This document shows, piece by piece, positions 31,190-41,400 of a DNA stretch of 53,903 nt; position 1 is the stretch's first letter, and the number at the start of each line of letters is the position of its first letter. The position numbers and the translations under genes are program-made. Below the pieces are notes generated by a model. The model was not told where the DNA came from. It made no database searches and was given only the letters and a program-made list of their open reading frames with translations. Location: NCBI GenBank assembly GCA_002353275.1, contig DEJH01000008.1, positions 1 to 53,903 on the forward strand. Direction: 5' to 3'. This DNA comes from Bacillales bacterium UBA2753. Its GTDB lineage: Bacteria > Bacillota_I > Bacilli_A > RFN20 > CAG-826.

Positions 31190-32620
31190 TTATTTTAAAT
31201 ATTTACCAACTGGGTATTTCACATTATCAATAAACGAGAAATCTTTTAATTTCCATGTCCAGTTAGGATCTCCTACTGTTCCTGGCCAATTCATTCTCGC
31301 TGAATTATCTAATTTTAAGATATCTTGAAGTTGGAATATGGTCATAAGTGAAGGGATAGTGTAGATATAATCTACAATCTTATCGAATAATTCATCGTTA
31401 TATTCAACATGTAATCTATTCGCGATAAACCTTCTTTGATCATCATTAAGATTAAGATACCATCCATATAATGTCTCATTATCATGAGTACCAGGATAGA
31501 CAAGTTGTCTATTTGTAGATTCATTATTTAAATCAAAAATAGTGAATTCACAGATGAACATTCCTGGGAGATTAAATTGATCTCTGAGTTCTAATACTTC
31601 TGGACGGAGATCTCCTAAATCTTCTGCAATTAAATTGATATTAGGATATTTCTTATATAATTCATTAAAGAAATCATCTCTAGGACCAATCTTCCACACT
31701 CCATTACGAGCGGTTTCTTCTCCTGCTGGAATTACATAATATGTATCAAACGCTCTAAAGTGATCAATTCTTAAATAATCACATAAGTTAGCAAGATATC
31801 CCACTCTATTGATTAATAAAGAATAATTATCTTCTTTCATTTTTTCAAAGTTATATATTGGAGTTCCCCAAAGTTGACCAACATCACTAAAGGCGTCAGG
31901 ACCTACTCCACCAACTTCGAATAATTTGTTATCGCTTCCAATGGAGAATTGGTCACGATTAAGCCAACATTCCACTCCATCAAAACCAACATAGAAAGGC
32001 ATATCACAGATAATCTTGATGCCTTGTTTTTTTGCATATCTTAAAATACGCTTCCACTGTTTTAAAGCGACATATTGAAGGAAGATCACAAAATCAATTT
32101 GATCTTTTAAGTGTCTTGGAGGGTTTTTATGATATTTAAAATAATCTAAATATTCTATATCCCATTCATTCCACTGTTTGTTATCATTCATCCATTTGAA
32201 AACTTCAAATGTAGCGTAGCTATTCACCCATTTATTTAAGGTTTTAAATTTATGAAGTGTTTCAGGATGTTTCTTCATAAATTTCTTATAAGCTTTATAT
32301 AACCATTCTTTCTTATATTCACCAACGGAATAGAAATCTACTTTGTTACTATCTTCTTGAAAAGAAGGAACCTTAGGTAATAATCCTTTCTTGGTTAATA
32401 AATCTAATGATATATATCTAAATTCCAAAGCATTACTACTAGTGGACATATATGGAGAATATCCAGGTCCTAAAGGATTAATTGGTAAAGTTTGCCAATA
32501 TTTATATCCTTGTTCTTTTAACCAATCGATAAATTTAAAAGATGCTTCACCAAAGTCTCCAATCCCATGTCTAGAAGGCAAAGAGGAGACAGAAAGCAAT
32601 ATACCATATTTAGATTCCAT
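31190..32620 (-). CDS. malQ: 4-alpha-glucanotransferase (amylomaltase, GH77); start likely 32620
   Basis: SSLPSRHGIGDFG, GQLWGTP, RIDHFRAF, IAEDLG and GTHDNET motifs. Confidence 0.96.
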   Translation of the reverse strand: MESKYGILLSVSSLPSRHGIGDFGEASFKFIDWLKEQGYKYWQTLPINPLGPGYSPYMSTSSNALEFRYISLDLLTKKGLLPKVPSFQEDSNKVDFYSVGEYKKEWLYKAYKKFMKKHPETLHKFKTLNKWVNSYATFEVFKWMNDNKQWNEWDIEYLDYFKYHKNPPRHLKDQIDFVIFLQYVALKQWKRILRYAKKQGIKIICDMPFYVGFDGVECWLNRDQFSIGSDNKLFEVGGVGPDAFSDVGQLWGTPIYNFEKMKEDNYSLLINRVGYLANLCDYLRIDHFRAFDTYYVIPAGEETARNGVWKIGPRDDFFNELYKKYPNINLIAEDLGDLRPEVLELRDQFNLPGMFICEFTIFDLNNESTNRQLVYPGTHDNETLYGWYLNLNDDQRRFIANRLHVEYNDELFDKIVDYIYTIPSLMTIFQLQDILKLDNSARMNWPGTVGDPNWTWKLKDFSFIDNVKYPVGKYLK

Positions 32621-32720
32621 ACTTATATATAACCTCAACAATAAAAATCATAAAGTAGATACTATCTATTTTCAATAGGTTTCATTTCTTTAAGGGAAAT
32701 TCACAAAAATTTCCCATATG

Positions 32721-32746
32721 AAAAGCAACCCAATTAAGGATTGCTT
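32721..32746 (-). terminator. Terminator after the 378-aa surface protein gene
   Basis: aagcaacc/ggattgctt stem. Confidence 0.55.
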
Positions 32747-32765
32747 AATATAGATTTAAGTTAAC

Positions 32766-33902
32766 TTAGTTTTCTTTCTTTTTTCTAAGTAAGAAGTAAC
32801 CACCAATTGCTGCAGCAGAAACAACTGACACAATTATGATAGTCATCGTTGTAGAAGATGTAGCATTATTAAACACTACGTTGACAATACCTCTAGAAGA
32901 TGGGTTATTTTGTCGATTCATCAAATCGAGTTTTTCACCATATGTTCTTGTACCATATCCTGAAGCAGAAAAAGTCGAACTTCTAAATGTAGATAAGTCT
33001 GATTGTGAAAGCTTGCTTATAACGCAAGACATAATATTACTATAATTTCCATATCCGTTATCAGCAGAAGAAACACAAGTACTATAACCATCTAATAACG
33101 CTTTTGCGTAATCAACGGTTGCCGAGCCTTCGTTACCAGCGCTATATCCAGCATCGGTTGCCCAACTATAAACAACATTTGCAGTATTATAACCTGTAAT
33201 ATTAGAAAAATTACCACCATAAGTCCAAACTATATCAAACACATTGTGTAACCTAACTAACTGGCAATCATATGAAACTGGTATATCAACATAAAATAGA
33301 TATTGTCCACTAACAACCTTAAATTGTGTACTTCCACCCAAGATATATGTTTTGTAATGCCCATTACCATTAAACACTCTTAAGCCTGCTCTTGCATTGC
33401 CATCATAAAAATTATCTTTAGGATCAGCCCAAATTCTTTTTGTAGATGTTGTAGGTGTGGTTGATGCAACAGTGTATGATTCGTCCGCCCCATTAGCGCT
33501 AGACCAATCTCCATTGTTATCCCATCCTTTAACACTATAATAATTTACAGACGAAGGATTTCCTTCCCACTGCCAATTGTAGTTTTTTTCAACATTACCT
33601 TTATCACATCTAAAAAATTGAACTTTAGTTAAATTTGTACTTGGAACATCAACATACCAGTAGTTATCTGCCGCTTTTGTACATTCTTTCTTGATATAAC
33701 TGCCAGTATAGTACTGAATGCCAATACTTTGCGCATTATCATAATCAGAATGTTGTGTGCAGTCTAAGAATATTCTCCTAGTACCGGCAGCCTCAGCCTT
33801 TTGAACATGTTGTATATTTTTAGCGACCATAACACCACTAAAAGCAGCAATTGCTAAAAATGATGCAAATACGGACGAAAAAAGCATTTTCGATCTTTTC
33901 AT
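32766..33902 (-). CDS. Surface protein with two degenerate CBM26-like modules and C-terminal helical domain/TM anchor
   Basis: Signal peptide ending KAEAA; two internal repeats (RRIFLD...WYVDVP and KRIWAD...FYVDIP); tail GGYFLLRKKKEN. Confidence 0.65.
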   Translation of the reverse strand: MKRSKMLFSSVFASFLAIAAFSGVMVAKNIQHVQKAEAAGTRRIFLDCTQHSDYDNAQSIGIQYYTGSYIKKECTKAADNYWYVDVPSTNLTKVQFFRCDKGNVEKNYNWQWEGNPSSVNYYSVKGWDNNGDWSSANGADESYTVASTTPTTSTKRIWADPKDNFYDGNARAGLRVFNGNGHYKTYILGGSTQFKVVSGQYLFYVDIPVSYDCQLVRLHNVFDIVWTYGGNFSNITGYNTANVVYSWATDAGYSAGNEGSATVDYAKALLDGYSTCVSSADNGYGNYSNIMSCVISKLSQSDLSTFRSSTFSASGYGTRTYGEKLDLMNRQNNPSSRGIVNVVFNNATSSTTMTIIIVSVVSAAAIGGYFLLRKKKEN

Positions 33903-34016
33903 TTATAAAACCTCCCGAAAGTCTTATTAATGTAGATTACATCTATATTACTTGAATATTTTAAATTACACAAACAATTTTATATTTATATAAATAGTAG
34001 AAATACATTATATAAG

Positions 34017-34040
34017 AAAAAAGCGACTTATGTCGCTTTC
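34017..34040 (-). terminator. Terminator after the 505-aa gene
   Basis: aaagcgac/gtcgcttt stem plus U-tract. Confidence 0.75.
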
Positions 34041-34097
34041 TGTATCAATTTTCTACTAACATTATAACTTTCGGGAGTTGTAGAAATTGTTACCTAA

Positions 34098-35615
34098 TTA
34101 ATTTTCTTTCTTCTTCCTTAGTAAGAAGTAACCACCTACTGCAAGAGCAGCAACACCGACTACGACTACAACGATAATAGTATTGTTCGTAGCTATAGTT
34201 GTATTTCCTAAAATAGCGATTCTTTGACTATATGTGCCGGAAACATTCTGATTCCAAATAAAATCATTACAATTAGAGGTTTCATATTTAGTAACGATGT
34301 AGTGATATGCTTTAACTACTTTGTGTGGGTCATCAGCATCACTACCACCATTGAAACCAATATCCGAGATTTCTTTTTTTGCGCTTGCAGTTAATTGGCT
34401 AAATAATGTGGACAAGTTAGACCATGTATTTTTCAAATCATTTAAAACCGTACTTCCATCAGTTTTACATACATTATTTATATTAGTTATGAATTGTGAA
34501 CAGAAAGCATCCAAAGGTAAGCCTTTAGCAACCCAAACAGTGCTTTCTCCACTAACGTAGATAGAATAAGTACCAGCAACAACTTGAACGTTGTCACCAC
34601 TAGAAGTAATTCCATCGGTTCCATCATAGGTAGTTCCAAAATTTAACCAAGCGTTTGATATATTAAAATAAGATCTTGCTCTAAATGTTACTGTTTTGTT
34701 TACAATTAAAACATAGTTAGCTTTATTGCCTTCTCCAGAAAGAGAGTTCATTTTTACTCCACCTGAATATTTCCAAGCATCTCCAGTACCAGTCGTGGCT
34801 GACACAAAAATAGCATCTCCAACTAAAAAATAACCATCGATTGCTGGACAATCTGTATAAATATCAGCGTTATCCCAGTGTGAATCATAATTACTACCGG
34901 TTTTTGTGCTATCAATAACTAAAACTTTTCCAGTATTACCAGAAACACTTAAATTTCCTGTTTGGTTTGTTCCGTTGTTCATAATAAAACTTGGGTATGA
35001 AGTAGATAGTTCAACGCTGTACATTGAAGCTCTACCAAGTGTTACCTGAGTAATTCCAGTATGAATTCCTGGCCACTCCATTTCTTTAATCGTAGCATCC
35101 TGACCAAAACCATAAACCCTTATATTAGAGAAAGTTGATCCTAAAATTGTATGAGGGTCGTAAACATAGAATTGATTAGTGGTTGTTGCAGGATCTTCCT
35201 TTGAACCATAATCAATTGTGATTCCATAGCTTTTGTCACCGTAGTCACCAATGCTGCTAATTGCTTTAATTAGGTATTTACCTGCTGTTGCTACAGTAAA
35301 GTTGCTTCCTCCGCTACCAGTAATTGCGCTTCCAACATTATTAGTGACGCCATTACCATAGCCGACCCAATCACCACCGTTTACAACAACTTTAAACTCA
35401 TCGCCAATACTAAAAGAGCGTTCAATTGTATAAAAACCGCCATTAAGTGTTAAAGGGTTAGCGGTTGTACTCCAGTTATTAAATGATCCTGCTAATGTAA
35501 CAGAATTAGTAGCAGCCTCCGCCTTTTCAGCCTTTTTTTGAGAAGCAAAAAGAGCACCCGCAGTAACTAATGATGCTGATAATAACAAACTTGAGATAAG
35601 ATGTTTAATTTTCAT
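34098..35615 (-). CDS. Surface starch-binding-like protein (SusE/F-like + CBM26-like + SusE/F-like modules, C-terminal helical domain/TM anchor)
   Basis: VTLAGSFNNW...GDEFKVV; EWPG...IMNNGTNQT; GYFLVGD...AGTYSIY; tail GGYFLLRKKKEN. Confidence 0.7.
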   Translation of the reverse strand: MKIKHLISSLLLSASLVTAGALFASQKKAEKAEAATNSVTLAGSFNNWSTTANPLTLNGGFYTIERSFSIGDEFKVVVNGGDWVGYGNGVTNNVGSAITGSGGSNFTVATAGKYLIKAISSIGDYGDKSYGITIDYGSKEDPATTTNQFYVYDPHTILGSTFSNIRVYGFGQDATIKEMEWPGIHTGITQVTLGRASMYSVELSTSYPSFIMNNGTNQTGNLSVSGNTGKVLVIDSTKTGSNYDSHWDNADIYTDCPAIDGYFLVGDAIFVSATTGTGDAWKYSGGVKMNSLSGEGNKANYVLIVNKTVTFRARSYFNISNAWLNFGTTYDGTDGITSSGDNVQVVAGTYSIYVSGESTVWVAKGLPLDAFCSQFITNINNVCKTDGSTVLNDLKNTWSNLSTLFSQLTASAKKEISDIGFNGGSDADDPHKVVKAYHYIVTKYETSNCNDFIWNQNVSGTYSQRIAILGNTTIATNNTIIVVVVVGVAALAVGGYFLLRKKKEN

Positions 35616-35719
35616 AAATGTGTATTGTTGCTAAAACAAGCAACAGTAACTCCTTTCCTTTCGGAATTTTTTGTTGTGAACTTATCTAACTTTCTAACGA
35701 AAGTATAGCATGTAAAATT

Positions 35720-35751
35720 AATATACCCCCCCCCCAGGACGATTTTGTCAA
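35720..35751 (-). promoter_or_regulatory. sigma-A promoter TTGACA-20nt-TATATT with a G10 tract in the spacer
   Basis: TTGACA at 35746-35751, C10 on + at 35726-35735, TATATT at 35720-35725. Confidence 0.65.
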
Positions 35752-35801
35752 CATTAAATTTGTTGCCTTTATCTAATAAAAACTGCGGTTGATCAACAAC
35801 C

Positions 35802-35833
35802 AAAAAGGCCAGAGGAGAACGGCCCCTCTAGCC
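35802..35833 (-). terminator. Terminator after the 813-aa gene
   Basis: aggccagagg/cctctagcct stem plus U-tract on the minus strand. Confidence 0.7.
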
Positions 35834-35865
35834 TAATTATTTTTGGTTAAGAAATTATCTTACTA

Positions 35866-38307
35866 TTATTGTCTTTTTCTCTTTTTAATCACTAATAAGA
35901 CAGCGGTTGAAAGAGTGGTAATAGAAGCGATAACTGCAACAACGATAAACGCGTTATTAGATTCAACGGTTGAATTAAATGGAATAATGTTTGCCATGTC
36001 TGGATAGGATCCGCCCCAGATGAAGTCTTTAAATACTTCTGTTCCATACTTATGAACAATGTATGAATACAATGCAATCATTTTTAAACAATCATCCTTA
36101 GACTTTTCGTCTCCACCATCAATTGTGTAATCTTTAACGTGTTTTTGTTCTTCTGGTGATAATTTACCAAAAGCAGCTTCGAAATTACCCCATAATACGC
36201 TTAAAGCATTTAAATCTGTAGTCTTACCATCAGAGTCACATGTGCCACCAACTTGTGTTAAGAATGCGGCGTGGAAAGCATATTCTCCACCATTAAACCA
36301 AACTTTATCTTCGCCATTAACATAGAATGCATAGGTTCCAGGTTTAACGAAAGAGAAATTGCCATTATCGTCAATGGAGACAAAATCTGGTGCTTCTTCT
36401 TCTTTATATCCAGGAGTGAAATAGATACCACCCCATCCTGGTTGATTACCTTCTTGTTCAGCATCTGTATCAGCAACATATTCTAATGGTTTGACTTTCA
36501 TTGGGTGATCAGCATCAACACCTTCTGGAACAACAACAGTACCAACATATTTATTAGTACCTTGTGGTCCAATTTCGGTTGAATAATCAACGTCCCAACC
36601 ATGTCCTTCTCCAAGGAATGTATCATCACCAGTTAAGTAAGAAGTGAGTTTTGTATATTTGATATATAAGTCATCAGCTTCGCCAAATTTCTTTGGTTGA
36701 TATTCTACTGTGCATTCTTCATCGTAGTAGACACCACGAGCGACATAGCCTTCTTGATCAGGAATTGCTGGTTCGAAGTTAGAGGTTGAATAAGCAGTTT
36801 GATCTGCAAAATCAATTGTATTTCCAACTTTGTCTTTACCAGCATATTTCAAACCATGCATTGAGATTGTGTAACTATCAACGTGCTCTGCTACAAAATA
36901 TGTAAATATATCATTTTCATAGTAGGCATAAATATCATAATATCCAGCTTTAGTGAATTCGAAATTATCAAATTCTTCTGGGTCTTCACTGCTCTTGGAT
37001 GGCTTACCATATTCTTCGGTATCATTTCCTAATTTAGCCCATTGATCGTGTGGATCTCTATCGGTGAAATAGGAACGAACTCTAAGTTTATCTCCAACAG
37101 CAACATAGAAATTCATTAAGTTAGCTACGTTACCTGGAACAGTGGAAGGTGATACCATTTTAGAAGCGTTTTCGTATGTCCATGATTCGACACTAGAGAA
37201 TTCGCCACAAATGTAATATCCTTCTTCAGCAGGTACATCTGGTGCGTAGTTCTTATCGGTAATTGAATACCAGGAAGATTCAGGATTGTAATAGATATCA
37301 TAATCACTGGTCTTTGTGATTTTTAAGTTACCAAAGCTTTCGCCTTCTTCTTGAATAACTTCATAACCAGCTTCAGTATCTGTGTAAACTTTTTCTGGAT
37401 CAGCATTATACCAGGTAACAACATTACCTTCTGTTGGGAAGTTAATGAATTTAATTTCTTCATTGGCTTCTAAGTGAACATTCTCAACAACATAAGCAGG
37501 ATCTTCTTCTGCGACTTTATGTGCTGGGGCCGCTAATTTTGGTTGCCATTCACCACCAACACCAGCTAAATAATAGCCAGGAGTGAATTGTCCAGCCCAT
37601 AAAACGTTAGCAGAGGCATCTAAATATAAGACACCAGTATAATCTTCAGCGAATTTCAATCCGCCTTCGACAGCATACACTTTTGTTTGTTGACCACTAT
37701 CTTTTGGTGCAACAGCGTAAGCAGCTGAATCTTTGGTAAATGAAAGAACATCACCTTTCTTGAAAGAAGCAGATGCAGAAACGTATTCGTTTCCAGATTT
37801 TGTCATTTCAACTGCAGTACCACCATTTACAGAATATTTGTAAACAGATGCAGCGGCTGGTTCTGTATATTCGCTCCATTTACCAGCGACACCTGGATCT
37901 CCCCAAACAGCACTACTAGAAGTAATGGTGTATAAATTGTTTTTTCCTGTAGGCAATGTGAGATTTGCGGTTTTTGCACCCCAGTCACTAACAGTACCAC
38001 TTGGGTTAACTCTAGAGAAAATTAAGCCTGTACTATCTGATGGAACAGAAAATTTCCATACATTTTCATCTGTTGCGACTTCAGTTCCTCTAACTCCAGG
38101 CCATGTTGTAGAAGATTCTCCTCCCCAATAGTGAACACCAATAGCAGCACCATCAACAGTCCACCAACCATAGGTCATCTTACAGTAAAGAGTAACATTT
38201 TCAGCCGCTTTAACTTCTTTAGCGCCTTTTGCTTGATGTGCACCGACGGCTACACCAACACCTAAAAGCATCGCTAAAGTCGTTGAAATAAGTAATCCTT
38301 TTTTCAT
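35866..38307 (-). CDS. Large surface starch-binding-like protein (CBM26-like, ~4 SusE/F-like modules, one InlB-B/Flg_new-like repeat, C-terminal helical domain/TM anchor)
   Basis: VHYWGG..TTWPG...VWKFSVP..STGLIF; repeated YYLAG/YYICG/YLTG...G.YDIY modules; tail LLVIKKRKRQ. Confidence 0.7.
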   Translation of the reverse strand: MKKGLLISTTLAMLLGVGVAVGAHQAKGAKEVKAAENVTLYCKMTYGWWTVDGAAIGVHYWGGESSTTWPGVRGTEVATDENVWKFSVPSDSTGLIFSRVNPSGTVSDWGAKTANLTLPTGKNNLYTITSSSAVWGDPGVAGKWSEYTEPAAASVYKYSVNGGTAVEMTKSGNEYVSASASFKKGDVLSFTKDSAAYAVAPKDSGQQTKVYAVEGGLKFAEDYTGVLYLDASANVLWAGQFTPGYYLAGVGGEWQPKLAAPAHKVAEEDPAYVVENVHLEANEEIKFINFPTEGNVVTWYNADPEKVYTDTEAGYEVIQEEGESFGNLKITKTSDYDIYYNPESSWYSITDKNYAPDVPAEEGYYICGEFSSVESWTYENASKMVSPSTVPGNVANLMNFYVAVGDKLRVRSYFTDRDPHDQWAKLGNDTEEYGKPSKSSEDPEEFDNFEFTKAGYYDIYAYYENDIFTYFVAEHVDSYTISMHGLKYAGKDKVGNTIDFADQTAYSTSNFEPAIPDQEGYVARGVYYDEECTVEYQPKKFGEADDLYIKYTKLTSYLTGDDTFLGEGHGWDVDYSTEIGPQGTNKYVGTVVVPEGVDADHPMKVKPLEYVADTDAEQEGNQPGWGGIYFTPGYKEEEAPDFVSIDDNGNFSFVKPGTYAFYVNGEDKVWFNGGEYAFHAAFLTQVGGTCDSDGKTTDLNALSVLWGNFEAAFGKLSPEEQKHVKDYTIDGGDEKSKDDCLKMIALYSYIVHKYGTEVFKDFIWGGSYPDMANIIPFNSTVESNNAFIVVAVIASITTLSTAVLLVIKKRKRQ

Positions 38308-38451
38308 AATAAAACTCCTTAGAATTTTCTTTGATGTTATAAATAAGAGTATTAATATTTTATATTAACAATTTATTACATACAAAGATTTTTTACTTTG
38401 TTTTATTAATAAAACAATATATAAATGGAATCAATACTTTTTAGTCCATAT

Positions 38452-38482
38452 AAAAACAGGAAATTTTGCGAACTTCCTGTTT
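38452..38482 (-). terminator. Terminator at the end of the lipoprotein operon
   Basis: aaacaggaa/ttcctgttt stem plus U-tract. Confidence 0.75.
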
Positions 38483-38495
38483 ATATTTTGGTTAA

Positions 38496-41400
38496 TTAAG
38501 CAATTTTAACAAAGCTTGTTGTAAACCAAGCGTGTTCCCAGTTGTCGTAATTCTTTTCCCAACCGGTGAAGCTTAATTTATATGAATGTCCTGCGCTAAC
38601 AGTGACAGACCCAATATTGACACTTGTGTGATTTGTGTCCCAATTAGATGCGCCACAAGCGGTGTGATAATATTGCTTTTTGTTACTACCAACATCTTCA
38701 ATGAAATAGGTGTCTACTGTAGTGGCGCTAGCCATTGTAAATTCAAATTTATATTGACCATAGCTAGTTTCTGTTCCAGTAGTAGCTACTCCACTCACCC
38801 AAGTAGAATCAAGAGCGACCTTAATTTCACTAATGGTGCCAAAGCCTGATAATCCGTCGAAATAAATAACAATCTTATCTTCTCCTGGAGTATCTCCACC
38901 TGTCTCAATATCTGCGACATAAATTCCATAAGTTCCGTTTGTGTAATATTTCACATATAAATCATATGTTCCAGCAGTATTAACCACATAATTGGTATAT
39001 GGATCAGTTGGATTAACTTTTGCCATTTGAGCTTTGCTTCCAAAAGCACCAGCAAGCTCGACACAGTCATTATATTCGGAACCAATTCTAAGTCTCCATA
39101 AGTCGCCTTCTTCGAAGGTGATTTGGCCATAATATTGGGTAGAGACACCTTCCATATCTGCTGGGTGAGAAGTACTATCAATGAATGTAAATGCTTTTGT
39201 CACATCATTCCATGATTCTCCAGTCGCACTTACACCAGAATGATAATCTTTATTACCGACAAGATAAGCGACATTACTTACCCAAGAAGGGTCTTCTCCT
39301 CCACCTCCGCCACCGGAATGTGGTTCGATATAGATACTCCAACCTTTGTTATTAGCTAAGCACTTCGCATAAATCTTATAAGTGCCATCTTCAGCAACTT
39401 TACATTTGTTGAGCTTACCATATCCATTATCAACTAGAGTGATTTGTCCTTCGCCTACTGCACCTACGCTTTCATAATTTGCATCCCAATAATCTTTACC
39501 AATTAAGACTTGGAATTCATCGTTCTTACTTAAGGTTACAGTCGCTTCAAATTGAGCGTAGACATCTGTACCATGTGGAGCAGTTGACTCAATGAATGGA
39601 TATGACTTCATTGGATCTTTTCCCCAAGGAGAAGTTCCATCATTAACTGAAGTACCACTACTATAGTCTCTATTACCAACTAAATATGGTTTGTTATCTT
39701 CAAATTCAGTTGGTTTATTAGTGATGGTAACTGGAACGGTTAAGGTAGTAACGCTATCTTTAACGGTTAATGTGGTTTTACCTTCACTAACACCGGTAAT
39801 TTCAATTGTATTTGTAGCGCTAATGAAATTCATCGAGGCGACAGTTTCATCGGCGATAACCGGCGTTTGTAATGCGCCTTCAATCTCACTAGCAGTAATG
39901 GTTGCTTTTTCTCCTGGTTTACAGACGATATTGTAACTAGAAAGTTTTAAGCCATGTGGAACAGCAGAGATGGAATACCATCCTTCTGGTTGTTCTTCTG
40001 GTTTATCGTTATACCAGGCGTAGTAGATATCATATTTACCTGGATTAATGACTTTAATATTAGTGTTACCTTGTTCATCGGTATAAACTTCCATATCTCC
40101 GGTAGCAAAAGCACCTTCATGAACTTTATATTCACCAGTGCGGTACCACCAAGCATCGTCTCCTTCGCCTTGATGTCCCCAGCCTTCGATATCTTTATAT
40201 CCATCAGAGCCTTTCTTAATCTTCCATAAGTCATTGGCTCTAAAGTTAATGGTGCCTTTATATTCGTAAATAGCATCTGGATTTGAGGTGGTTTCGACGA
40301 ATTCAAAAGCGTATTTAGCTTGTCCCCAGCTTCCTCCACCTAAATCGGTAGATTCACCATCTTTATAAGCGGAAGAACCAACAAGATAATATGTATTGTC
40401 TTCGAAATAGACAGGTCTTTCAGTAACAGAAACTGTCTTAGTGTCAGTTAATGTACCTTCAATACCAGTCATAGAAGCAGTAATAACAATTGGTCCAGTT
40501 CTATTAGGAGCAAGGATTGCAGTTCTTCCATTAGGAGTAATTGTACCTGCTGTTTCTGGACTAATTGACCAACTAACATCTTCTAAAGAAACATCACTTG
40601 GAGTTAAAGATGTATTAAGTTCCACTGTTTCATCTGAATATATCGTAACAGGTGCATTAAGTGTTAATTTAGTGGCGTAAATCTTTGAATTAACTTCAAT
40701 TGAATCAGAATAGACTTTGTAGTCATCTCCTTCTTTATCGACTGTACTAGTAACCGCTGCAGTAATTGTCGCAACACCTTTAGAAATCGCTAATAAATTA
40801 CCTTCATTATCAACTTTAACGACATCTGGATTAGAAGAATAGAAGATAGTCTTTTCTCTACTTGGTTTACTATATCCAGCTTCACTTGTGTCATAAGAAA
40901 CAGTAATTTGTTTACCGCCATTAGGCTCATTAGTAACTTCAACATCAGTTTCATTAATATGAACACCTTTGACGTGAGCTTCTTTAATAGTGACAGGTAA
41001 AGTGTTAGATACTTTTCCTTCACATTTAGCGGTAATATCAGCTGTACCAGCTTCAACGCCGACGATGATGCCGCTAGAAGCGTCAACACGAGCGATTTCA
41101 GGATTACTTGACTCATAAGTCACTAATGATGCATCTTCAGCGTTACTTGGAGTAATAACAGCTTCAACAGCAGAAATACTATCAACTTCAATTTCACTAG
41201 TACTTCCAGGAATTAATCCTAAAGAGATGGAAGAAACATGAACTTTATGAATATTAACAGTAATGATTTGTTCTTCTTTATCTGGTAATTCTGGGGATTT
41301 AACATGAACATGAATTTCTCCATCAGTGTTATTGGTGTGAATAGTGCCATTAGAAATAGTTGCTAATTCAGATTCTTCAGCAGGAATTCTCCAATCTAAC

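Noticed and set aside
33929-33945. Overlapping palindromes (atgtagattacatcta) upstream of the 378-aa gene as a LacI/CcpA operator
   Set aside because: Lacks the central CG of LacI-family sites and is not clearly repeated at the other starch promoters
35612-35803. 63-aa ORF spanning the poly-G tract
   Set aside because: Overlaps terminator and promoter, has no RBS; the tract is more plausibly regulatory
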